From contig MEDY01000123.1 in NCBI GenBank assembly GCA_001724265.1, positions 56,784-76,783 on the forward strand: a stretch of 20,000 bases of DNA, read 5' to 3'. The DNA comes from Rhizaria sp. SCN 62-66. Lineage: Eukaryota. This document shows, in pieces, positions 1-9,459 of the stretch; the first letter of the stretch is position 1, and each line of letters opens with the position of its first letter. The notes under the pieces were generated by a model. That model saw only the letters and a list, made by a program, of their open reading frames with translations. It was not told the DNA's origin and did no database searches. The position numbers and the translations under genes were made by a program.

Positions 1-1580
1 TGCACGCGGCCGCCCTGGGGCGGGATCGACTGCGTCAGCGTCATGCCCAGCGTGTCCACCAGCTTGTTGTTGCCGGCGCCGTTGCTGCCACTGTTGTCGA
101 GCAGGCCTGCGCCGCTGGTGTTGGTGCCGACCGGGGACGCGAACGGGTCCTGGGTCGGGTCCCACGCGCTCGCCACCGCCACGGCCGCGGTATTGCCGGT
201 GGACTCGGCGTCCTTCGGTGCAGCGGGGTCCGCGGAGTAGGTGTCGTTGGCGTTGTGGGTGTCGTTGATGTCGATGTCGATGAAGTCCTCCGGAATGTCT
301 TCATCAATAGTAGCCTTGCCCGCCGCGGGCGCGGACTCGGGGCCAGCAGCGGCCGCACCGGGCTCGCCGTGCGCGACGGCGTCGTCCTCGTCGTCGTCGA
401 GCAGCGAGCGGCCCGAGGCCCCGAACGCCGACGACTGGCGCGAAGCACGGTTCTTGCCCCTGCGCCCGCCGACGCTCACAAATCCACCTGCGGCGGCCCC
501 GAAATCATCTTCCGCGTCCGCGCCTGCGTCGGCCTCTGCATCGGCCCCCGCCACGGCCTCAGAGACGGCCTCGGACCCGGAGCTGCCGGCGGCGGCGGGC
601 TTGGCGAGCGGGAGCAGCCCGCGCGAGGGGGGGAACGACGCAGCCGACGCCGCCACGACGGCAGCGCCAGAGTGGTCGTCGTCACGCGCGGTGACGCCGG
701 CGACGGCGGCCGCGAGCTCGGCGTCGTCGACGGTGGCCGCGCTGGCGTCGGGCTCGTCATGCGCGCTGCCGCTCGCAACCGCGGCCGCGTTGTCGGCGTT
801 CGCACTGCTGTTGGCGTTGGTGTTGCTGTTTGTGTTGGCGCTGGCGTTAGGGCGCGTGACCGAGACGGAGCGCGTGGTCGAGGGGCTGTGGCTGCCGGGG
901 GCCGAGGCGGAGCCGTTGGTGAGCCCCATCATCGCAATCCCGTGAACGGCCGTGATGATCTGCGTCAGTACGGGCGGCTCCTCCAGCGCGCTGGGTGCGA
1001 ACGTCTCCGCCTCGTTGCCGTTGCCGTCAGCAGCAGCAGTAGCGTCATCTGCGTTGGCACTCGCACTCGAGGGCTCGAGAAAGGAAAACTGTGGGACGAT
1101 GGCCTTGCGCTGCGTGAAGGCGTGGTTGGCGAGGTTGGCCTCGGTGACGAGCACGGACCAGGTGTGGTCGAGCTCGTACGCATCGCAGAAGTCCTTGATG
1201 AGCGAGAGCACCAGTTCGTCCATGGGCGACTCAAGCAGCCGCCGCTGCAGCTGCGTGCGTGGCGGGAACGGGCCGTTAATCGGGTCAAAGTCGGCGGTGT
1301 TAACTGCACGGTGGATCGAGGCGCGGATCTGTGCCTGTGTACAGGTGTGTGGTTGTGCGTGCAGAGGTGCGGGAGTGGGAACAGTGAGTGGAGTGGTGGC
1401 AAGAACTGACATGAACGGTTGAGAGTGAGGGGTAATAGTGACGTCAATGTCCGTCGCTAACCAAGTAGATATAAAAAGGTAATTGCCAGAAATAGCACGC
1501 ACCTTGATAGAAGACAGCACACCGAGATGGCCCAAGGATTCCACAACGAGTCCCTTGAGCTCGTCCCCGGTGTCGGCCAT
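1..1580 (-). CDS. CEP43: CEP43/FGFR1OP (FOP)-like centrosomal protein with N-terminal TOF/LisH region, 3'-partial; exons 1580-1503 and 1334->1 (runs off window)
   Basis: The spliced translation MADTGDELKGLVVESLGHLGVLSSIK|AQIRASIHRAV...LVLSLIKDFCDAYELDHTWSVLVTEA matches the FOP/FOR20/OFD1 N-terminal pattern (ELxxLVxxxLExxGVLxxIKAQLRAxV plus LisH). Phase-0 intron 1502-1335 (GTGCGT...ACACAG). Exon 2 stays open to the window edge, so it is absent from the ORF track, and has an Ala/Asp-rich low-complexity tail. The length favours FOP over the short FOR20. Confidence 0.75.
   Translation of the reverse strand, partial: MADTGDELKGLVVESLGHLGVLSSIKVRAISGNYLFISTWLATDIDVTITPHSQPFMSVLATTPLTVPTPAPLHAQPHTCTQAQIRASIHRAVNTADFDPINGPFPPRTQLQRRLLESPMDELVLSLIKDFCDAYELDHTWSVLVTEANLANHAFTQRKAIVPQFSFLEPSSASANADDATAAADGNGNEAETFAPSALEEPPVLTQIITAVHGIAMMGLTNGSASAPGSHSPSTTRSVSVTRPNASANTNSNTNANSSANADNAAAVASGSAHDEPDASAATVDDAELAAAVAGVTARDDDHSGAAVVAASAASFPPSRGLLPLAKPAAAGSSGSEAVSEAVAGADAEADAGADAEDDFGAAAGGFVSVGGRRGKNRASRQSSAFGASGRSLLDDDEDDAVAHGEPGAAAAGPESAPAAGKATIDEDIPEDFIDIDINDTHNANDTYSADPAAPKDAESTGNTAAVAVASAWDPTQDPFASPVGTNTSGAGLLDNSGSNGAGNNKLVDTLGMTLTQSIPPQGGRV
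1335..1502 (-). other. Spliceosomal intron (168 nt) in the CEP43-like gene
   Basis: AAG|GTGCGT...TACACAG|GCA; splicing joins SSIK to AQIRAS in frame. Confidence 0.85.
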
Positions 1581-2093
1581 CGGTAGAGTCCTGCGGATAC
1601 AAGCGGGAATACAAATCGTAGAGATGTGTAAATAAGGAAATCAGTACAACACAGCAGACTAATCCGCAGAGGGTTAATAGTATAACAATAGAACGAATAA
1701 ATACCCTCGATATTTCAAACCGTTGGAGCGTGCTCTACGTCTCGAGCTACAACGGCTCGTTCATCTTCGCGCTGCCCTAGAGCAGGTTCCTAAAAATCCG
1801 GTAGAAGGACGGCAATAGCCACAATGGCCTTGCGCTTTTTCTCATTAACTCCACATTCATTCGATGGATGATTATGTGACAGTTCTAGTTCATTTTACAT
1901 ATGTCGCATTTATTAAGTCCAATTAGCTAAATCTTACATATACCTATTATAGCTTCCCGTCGGCCCCCCCCTTGGAGCCTCTCTAACTCTCGTCTTCTCG
2001 TTCTTCTCTTACCGCACCCGCACCGTTGCTCACTCTCTGTCTTGCTGAAACCCCACTCATTGTGAACCCCTGTCTTTGCATTTGCAGCTTGTG

Positions 2094-3327
2094 ATGCCTG
2101 TTGATCCCAACGCTCCTCGCAAGGCCAAGACGACCAAGGGCCAGCGCGTGCTGGACAACCGCGCGCCGAAGCTGACGGAGAACGAGAAGAAGTGCATCTT
2201 CGTCCGCGGCCAGACGTGCTCGGACCTCATCTCCAAGTCCATGACGGACCTCTGCGCGCTCAAGAAGCCTGAGTCGAAGATGCTGTCGAACAAGAACCCG
2301 ATCCGCCCCTTCGAGGACGCGACTTCGCTCGAGTTCCTGACGCGCGTCAACGACTCGTCGCTCTTCTGCTTCGGCTCCCACTCCAAGAAGCGCCCGCACT
2401 CGCTCGTCTTCGGCCGCACTTTCGACTTCCAGATCCTGGACATGCTCGAGTTCCAGATCGACCCCTCGACGTTCAAGACGATGCAGGACCTGTCGAAGGA
2501 CCGCGAGACGACGTCGCGCATCGGCGCCAAGCCGCTCTTCGTCTTCATCGGCGACCAGTTCACGCACGCCGAGGACATGCGCACCTTCCGCTCGCTGCTG
2601 CTCGACATGTTCCACGGCATCGACGTCTCCAAGACCAACCTTGCCGGGCTCGACCGCGTGATCATCATCACCGCCACGGTCAACCCCTCGGACATCACCA
2701 AGAAGGTCGTCTACTTCCGCCACTACAACGTACGTCACTACGCTTTGCTTTCTTTCGAGAGTGTTTGCACGTGTTTAATCGGATATATCATGTCATTGAT
2801 ATATTAACATGCCAAAAATTCATATAACGTACGACAACATTATCATTTCTCACATCTTGCTCCTTGAACTCTAATATTTTGTTACGCTTGCATCTACACT
2901 TGCACAGGTGCTGAAGAAGAAGTCCGGCACGCGCTTCCCCCGCGTCGAGCTGGAGGAGGTGGGCCCGCGCATGGACCTGACCTTCAACCGCTCCTCGTCG
3001 GGCTCGCTGGAGATCCGCAAGGAGGCGCTGCGCGTGGGCAAGGGCGCCACGATGGCCAAGCGCAAGAACGTCGAGATTGGCCAGATGGGCCAGCTGCTCG
3101 GCCGCGTCCACATGCAGAAGCAGAACCTGGACGAGATCGCGCTGGCCAAGCTCAAGGGTCTGGGTAAGCGCGTCAACACGGGGGCCAAGCGCACGCTGCC
3201 GCGCGACGCGCCCGAGCCCGGCGCGCAGCTCTCGGACGACTGGAAGGTCGTCGCCGGCGACGCGCAGAGCAAGAAGCGCTCGCGCATGCTGCCCGCCGCA
3301 TACGCCAACTCTGTCATCTCGGAGTAA
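2094..3327 (+). CDS. RPF2: Ribosome production factor 2 (Brix domain); exons 2094-2729 and 2908-3327, about 351 aa, stop TAA
   Basis: Diagnostic motifs: KAKTTKGQRVLDNRAPKLTENEK, NPIRPFEDATSLEFL, SLFCFGSHSKKRPHSLVFGRTFDFQILDMLE, FRHYN|VLKKKSGTRFPRVELEEVGPRMDL, GRVHMQKQNLDEIALAKLKGL. Confidence 0.96.
2730..2907 (+). other. Spliceosomal intron (178 nt) in RPF2
   Basis: AAC|GTACGT...CTAAT...TGCACAG|GTG, AT-rich, phase 0, restores the Brix C-terminal motif. Confidence 0.92.
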
Positions 3328-4087
3328 GGTGTCTTTGTGCGCCGGCGGGAAAGGGATTTGGTGGAGTTTTGTTGCGTTTGCTGTTCTTTATTATGGGGTA
3401 TTGCTTTGCCGACATCTTGTCGCAGCCTTGCAACGACTAGCAGTGTTGGGGTTGAGGGACAAGAGTGGCTTGATGTACACCCGTTATTCGTTACTATAGT
3501 TTATACACAATCTATATTTGATATCATATCTGATTTAATTCCTGAGGGGACATGCTAGGCGACTTGAATGCTTCATTTCGTAGTTTGACCGAGTTACGTT
3601 GTTGCCTAGGAGTGGCGGGAGCCGAGGGTCGGGCCGTCTGCGTCGTCGGGCTAAACTTAACAATGAATCAATCTCAACCAACTGATCGTCACAAATAGTA
3701 TACGTATGATATCGTATATACGCATGCGCAAAATGACCAGTTTTATGTTTTATTTCTTCCAGATTTGTGTCCGAAGCAGACGCTATGCAACCCGAAAAGC
3801 TCTCATCATCACGCAGACCGAAGACTTGTCAGCAAAGCATTTTCTTGAATGTCGCGCCACTATGTGAGCATTAATGCACTGGACGGTGTCCACTAGCGCA
3901 ACAATGTGTTTGCAATAACTCACACTTCTCTTGTTTCTACCATGCATTTCCTTGTTGATACATCCGTCGTAGTCCGTAGCATCTCCCGAGGAGACACGCT
4001 ACACTCCCCGCGTTCCAACCAGTTTCCACCAACAGTCCCGCGCCTTGCAGCGCACTTGCCCGCAGACGCCCCCGCGGCCGAAGCGCT

Positions 4088-6259
4088 ATGTTGCACCCTG
4101 CAGGCTCGGCCGTTGCCTCCAGTCCGGTCCCGGAGCTGTCCCCGTCGTCGTCCTCGCACAGCCACGCTGACCCCGACGTGGCCGCCGCCGCCGCCGCGAA
4201 CGCTGACGCCGTCGCTGCGAGCACGGTGATCCCCGCGTTGCCCGCGTCGGTGTCGGAGACGACTGAGACGGCTGCCGTGAAGCTTGTGCACAGTCTATCG
4301 CTGTCCCGCCACAACAGCAACGCGTACGCGCACAGCCACAGCCACGGCCCGAGCCACACGTCGTCAAGCGCCAATCTGAGCAGCAACGGCAACTACGCTG
4401 CCGACGCTATTGGCGCCAGCGGTGGTGTGCACAGCGCCTACGCCCACGCTAACGCTGGCGTTGGCGGCCCTATTGCTGAAGCGTACGGCGGCAACGACAC
4501 GGACGCCGAGTCCACTGACGGCCACACGGTCACCGTCACCTCGGACGACCCCAGTCTCGCTGCGGCCGATGCCGCCGACAGCGCGGACGGGGCCGGTCTG
4601 AGCGGCGAGCACAAGCCGATGCCGCCGGACTTAGCATCGCACGTTGTGCTGCTCAAGGTGCTGTACTTTCTGCAGGGCATGTCCGCGGCGTCGTGGGGCC
4701 GCTTTGGCACGATTTACTACCTCTCGCGCGGGCTCACGCGGTTCGAGATCGGCATCATTGAGGGGCTCATCCCGTCGATCACGATGTTCGCGTCGCCGAT
4801 CTGGGGCATCGTTGCCGACAAGCTGCACTCGCGCAAGAAGGTCGCGCTCTTCACGCAGTCAGTCTCGGTCTGCATCCTCTGTCTGCTCGCGTTTCCCGCG
4901 CTGGCGAGCGGCTTCGAGTCGATCCTGGCCATCTCGATGCTCATGGCCGCATTCGTGTCCTCGGGCATCCTCGACGCGCACACGCTCGACGTGTTGGGCA
5001 AGGATTACTTCTACGCCTACGGGCCGATCCGCATGTGGACCTCAATCTCGTGGGGCATCGGCGCGCTTTTCCTGGGCTTCCTCACAGACTCCTTCTCAGT
5101 CTACTCCATCTTTGTCGTCTATGCTATCCTCGCCACCACCTCGATCGTGGCCACATCGCGCGTTGTGCCCGAGCAGACGCACAACGAGGCGCGCCGCGCC
5201 GTGGGGCCGCCACCGCAGCTCTCGGCGCTTTTCCGGGCACTCACGCGCCCGCGCATGCTCTTCTTCCTGTTCTAGATCGCGCTCTTTGGCGCCGGCATGG
5301 CCGTTGTTGAGCGGCTGCTCTTCATCTACCTGCGCGACGACCTGGGCGCCAGCAACTTCCTCTGCGGGCTCACCGTTACCGTCACGGTTATCTTCGAGCT
5401 GCCTATCTTCATGTACGCCGACCAGCTGCTCAAGCTCTTCGGGCACCATGGCATGTTCTTGATCGCCATGGTCGCGCACACGGTCCGCGTTTTCCTCTAC
5501 ACGCTGCTCACGCGCGAAGCCGTCTACGCGATCCTGCCGATCGAGATCACGCACGGCATTACCTTCGCGTGTATGTGGACCGCGGCAGTCGAGTACGCCA
5601 AGATGGGCGTGCCCGAGGAGTGGTCCTCAGCCGCGCAGTCGATCCTCGCCGCCACGCTCGGCTGCGTCGGCGCGGGCGTCGGCTCCATTCTTGGCGGATA
5701 CGTCATGGACCGCTACGGCGCCATCGCGCTCTACACGGGCACCGGCATCATCGGGCTCTGCACCATCGCCATGCACCTCGCCTTCCACCTCGTCACCAAG
5801 ATCATCGACGAGGGCGCCGCCGACGGCCGCCACAGCGGCGGCGCGGGCGCGGGCGAGCTCGACGACGGCGTCACACTCGACGGCATCGACGTTACGATAA
5901 GCGGCAGCGCCAGCCCCGCTGCCGCCGACGGGGTGGGCGTGTCCAGGGCCGCCGCATTCGCGGTCGCCGAGACCATTGACGGCGGGGGCAGCGGCGGCGG
6001 TGTCGGCGCTGGCGGCGGGGTCCGCGAGCAGGTGCCTGTCGGACTGGCCGCGGCACCCGCTGCTAGCGGCTACAGCAAGTACAACGACGACAACGACGAC
6101 GACGGCGACGACGCGGCGGCGCGGTACAATGCACAGCACCAACAGCAGCGGCAACAGCAACAGCAGCAGCAGCAGCGGCAGCGGCGCACTGCGGGCGGCG
6201 CCGTGGAGATGGGCAGAGTGGGTGGGTACCGCAGCTAGTACGTGGCCGGAAGCAAGTGA
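4088..6259 (+). CDS. MFS transporter (MFSD6/MFS_1_like) with long low-complexity termini; single frame with in-frame TAG at 5273-5275 and 6236-6238, ending at TGA 6257-6259 if TAG is sense (about 723 aa)
   Basis: ORFs 4088-5275 and 5297-6238 are in the same frame and form the N- and C-halves of a 12-TM MFS. Motifs: LKVLYFLQG, GLTRFEIGII, SPIWGIVADK, YGPIRMWTSISWG, FELPIFMYADQLLKLFG, EITHGITFACMWTAAVEY, GAGVGSILGGYVMDRYG. GC3-rich codon usage continues across the TAG. Confidence 0.85.
6134..6181 (+). repeat. CAG/CAA poly-glutamine tract in the MFS C-terminal tail
   Basis: cag cac caa cag cag cgg caa cag caa cag cag cag cag cag cgg cag. Confidence 0.85.
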
Positions 6260-6610
6260 GCGAGTGTTCTCGCGGGAACCACTGTGGTCGTCGTGGGAAC
6301 ATATGGGTGTGGTGCTTAGTTCACCACAAGTTGTAGCCGGTAACATACTATTTCATCCATGGTTCCTGGCTGCTGCGAGCTTTATGATCTATGATCTCGG
6401 TCTGTGTTCACTCTTTCTGTCGTTTAACATATCGTTCATGATTAGGTTTGCTATTTAGAGTATGTTTTTGTATGTTTCTTGAATTTTCAAGGCTTGACTG
6501 TTTGCGCAATAAACTATTCATGTCAGCCCACAATGCGAGTACGTAATTACATTGTACGTGTACAAGTACTGTACAATGCATATGTGTACAGTCGGCAAGT
6601 TGACACTAAA

Positions 6611-9459
6611 TCAGAGTTTTTCGCTTTCAAGACGGACAAAATTAATGCTCGACGGATAACATCCTGTGCACGAAGCGTAACGTTCTGCGCACGAGCGAAC
6701 CGCATCGAATTGCGTAGCTAAAATCGAGTCAAATGACCTATAATCTTGTGGGGATGCATCATGAGCGTACCGCGCGGTTCCAACAGGTACTGCACCAGGG
6801 ATCGTGCTTGCGTTCATCGGATAAAACACGATAAAGAAAAGACTAGAAAGAGTGTTCGCGCGGGGAAACACGGTGAATGGTGACACAAGCACGGTACCGG
6901 GTGGGTACACCGTGTCCCTAGCCGGTGCCTTGTGCTCGCCAAACACAGTGTCCTTTAGGATACGGCCGAGAAACGCACCATCTTCGCAATGGTTGCAAAT
7001 TACCGCGAATGGAGTTGTTGAACGACTTGTTTCTGACGTTCGGATACATGTATGTAGCGATGTGCCAAGCGCTCGATTTGATGCTGCATTCCGGAAGTGG
7101 GCAGCGTGACAAGGAAACTTTACATCGTCAAGGCGAATCCGCAGATGAAAGTGAAAAGTGCCCGCGTGGCTCTGCAAATTGATACTCATTGTGACATCGC
7201 GATAAACAAGGCAGAGTGTGCGCGCATGAGCAATAATGTGATTGCGCGCCCTCCTCTGGAAAGTCTTCAATGCATACTCCGTCATTGCATCTTCAGAGCG
7301 CGCTATCAGATCGGCAAGCGGGAGAGTTGTTCGTGAAAATCTTTGCGCCTTGAGACTTTGCACAAGATGAGATTCAAAAACGCGCTGCCATAGATTTTGC
7401 CAAAAGTAGTTCACAAATGCCAAGCTCTCAGCATCAAACATCTGGAACGCGCGCGATTGCTGAAAAACATCCGGAAACGAAAAGGTGCATCGGGCATGCA
7501 CAGCACGGCCGCAACTGCTCTTCGTTTCGCATGGATCGTTTTTCGCAGCGGCGCTATCAGAAAGTTCAACGAATCGTCCAATTACAAAGACTGTCGTGCG
7601 CTTCGAGGAGTCACAGAGCCACAAAGACGATGAAACAGTGCTCGCAGTTGCAGGCAAAGTCACAGTCTCAGTAACACCACGTGTTTCAGCTCCGCTGTGA
7701 GTCTGAACAGTGTTATCGTGTTGCCCGGTCGAAGGTGAAGATAGTTCAAAGGTCACGTTAACGCGACCGAACGTGAAACATTCGTTCTCACGTTTATACT
7801 GCACAGCAGCATCAATTTGCGGCAATGACGAAGATGAAACCGCTGCTTCGTCAGCCTGCGATGGCGATGATGAATGCACACTTGTGACGATCCTGGTGAA
7901 AGTGTTTACGCTCGAGTTCGCGTTGTTCATCCCAGCCTCAGACTCGCTGTTCAAGTCATCATCGGTGTAAAACTCAATCAACTCCTGAACAACAGTGTCA
8001 CGCGCCCCAATCTTGTCATAGCTGGCTGCAAGGTTATCGTCCATGCTCGCTTCGACTTCACACACAAGAGCACAATCACATGGGACGGCAGCGACAATGC
8101 TTGCATCAGAAACCCCCTCGACAGCGGTGTGAGGTTGATCCTCCGCAGCGACAGAAATCATTGGTGACTTCCCACATCCGCAGCCGCGGCGGACACGGCA
8201 CTCAAACGTCACCCCGCATAGCTCGGCAACACCCAGCTCAACCGGCGCTGCGCTAGGAACCAGAGCTGAAAGCGGCACGTCGCCCTCGCAAACAACCTCG
8301 CGAGGGGCAAGTGCAGCTGCCGCGTCCGCAAGCGCGCTCTCAAGAGCGGCGCGCGCGGCCGTCCAGCGCTCTCGACCCACAGCAAGCGGGGGGTCGACGC
8401 GCGCGGGCCAGCCAGGGCTCGCGGCGGCAAGTGCGGAGAGCTCGGGGATGGTGGGCGCGGCGACCGAGGCCGCGATCGCGGCGAGTTCCTTGCGCGCGGC
8501 CGCAAGGCCGGTCTGCTCGCGGGCCGCAGACCGGGAGGCGTACGCGGAGGCACGAGAGAGAAGCGCGGCGAGCGGGCCCATGGCGTCTGCGGCGAGCGTT
8601 TCCGCGCGGACCTGTGTCAATGCGAGCAGGGCGGTTGAGTCACGCTGCAACTGCGCCATGGACTCCGTTTGGTCCTTGATAAAAGTTAAAAACAAATTGT
8701 GAAAAAGAAGCGCAAGATATGAGTCAGTCTTCAGGATTAATCTCCATTTCGATAAACTATAACTGTCGATTTTAAGCTATGTCGAGACACGTACGTTGAT
8801 TTTGCGTTCGAAGTTGTCGAGTTGCGGCGGCAGCTGCGCGGCACGGCTCTTGATCTCAGCATCAACGTCGACAATCATGCGGCATTTGTGGCCGAGGTGC
8901 TACGCGTTGAGTACTGCGCACTGGTGGCAAACAGGGGTGATGCAATCGCTGCACCAGTTAAGGAAGAGCACTGGGGTCGCGTGCGAGTGGCAATACTGAA
9001 TAAAGCATCACGGAAACACATGTCATGTAAGCGCGGATTGGAAACTCTTCAGGTTATTCATAGGTTGGGGTAAACAGCATTTCGGAATACGTTGCGAGAC
9101 GTACGTTGATGTCGTCGGAGGCAATTGCCGTAGTGTTGGGCTGGCTAGCAGCAATCACAGCTGCTGCAGCAGGAGCAACTGGCACTGTCGGTGTTGGTGT
9201 TGTGGTATCAGAGACAGGCGCATGGGTCTGACTCTCAGCCTGAGAGGTGTAATTAATTACATTACAGCCAGATACATTGAGTATTATGGGATGAGAGATT
9301 AGCCTGGAAATGTGATGAATGCAGTACAGACCAGAGATCTGGGGCGAAGCGAAGAGGCATACGTACAGCAAAGCAAGCTGCGCAAATTCGACCGTTCGAT
9401 GCGGCGCCCGTCATATGCGCACCACAAAACAAACACTTCTTGACCAGAACTGTCGACAT
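6611..9459 (-). CDS. Zn-finger + B-box + coiled-coil (TRIM-like) protein with unknown C-terminal region; exons 9459-9367, 9239-9105, 8995-8795 and 8674-6611; in-frame TAG at 8902-8900; about 830 aa; stop TGA
   Basis: Exon 1 has CLFC...CAAC. Exon 3 reads YCHSHATPVLFLNWCSDCITPVCHQCAVLNA*HLGHKC, the B-box2 pattern C-x2-H...C-x2-C-x4-C-x2-C-x6-H-x2-H. A helical/coiled-coil segment follows (EIKSRAAQLPPQLDNFERKIN|DQTESMAQLQRDS). Three phase-0 introns all start GTACGT. Confidence 0.78.
8675..8794 (-). other. Intron 3 (120 nt) of the B-box gene
   Basis: ATCAAC|GTACGT...TTTTTAACTTTTATCAAG|GAC, AT-rich, phase 0, joins the 6611-8695 ORF frame. Confidence 0.78.
8996..9104 (-). other. Intron 2 (109 nt) of the B-box gene
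   Basis: ATCAAC|GTACGT...CTTTATTCAG|TAT TGC CAC, phase 0. Confidence 0.82.
9240..9366 (-). other. Intron 1 (127 nt) of the B-box gene
   Basis: GCT|GTACGT...CTCTCAG|GCT, phase 0. Confidence 0.75.

Noticed and set aside
241-1422. Long plus-strand ORFs (241-945, 255-1409, 952-1422) and similar long overlapping ORFs elsewhere (10588-11961, 13084-14025, 15976-17454)
   Set aside because: These are antisense or off-frame shadows of GC-rich real genes with no recognisable domains.
5201-5275. 75-nt in-frame GT...TAG intron that would remove the MFS TAG (the tail ttcttcctgttctag resembles an acceptor)
   Set aside because: The donor GTGGGG is non-consensus, the segment is GC-rich and shorter than all real introns here, and it would delete the pre-TM helix and half of the TM. 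The pyrimidines are explained by Phe/Leu codons. RNA-seq is needed to exclude it fully.
5273-8902. Selenocysteine, pyrrolysine or A-to-I editing (UAG to Trp) as explanations
   Set aside because: Sec uses UGA, and Pyl is known only in prokaryotes. Trp fits the TM site but poorly before the B-box HxxH. Editing is not formally excluded without cDNA.
8900-8914. 15-nt micro-intron GTACTCAACGCGTAG removing the B-box TAG
   Set aside because: It would leave C-A-H, too short a spacing for B-box ligands. All other introns here are 109-178 nt.
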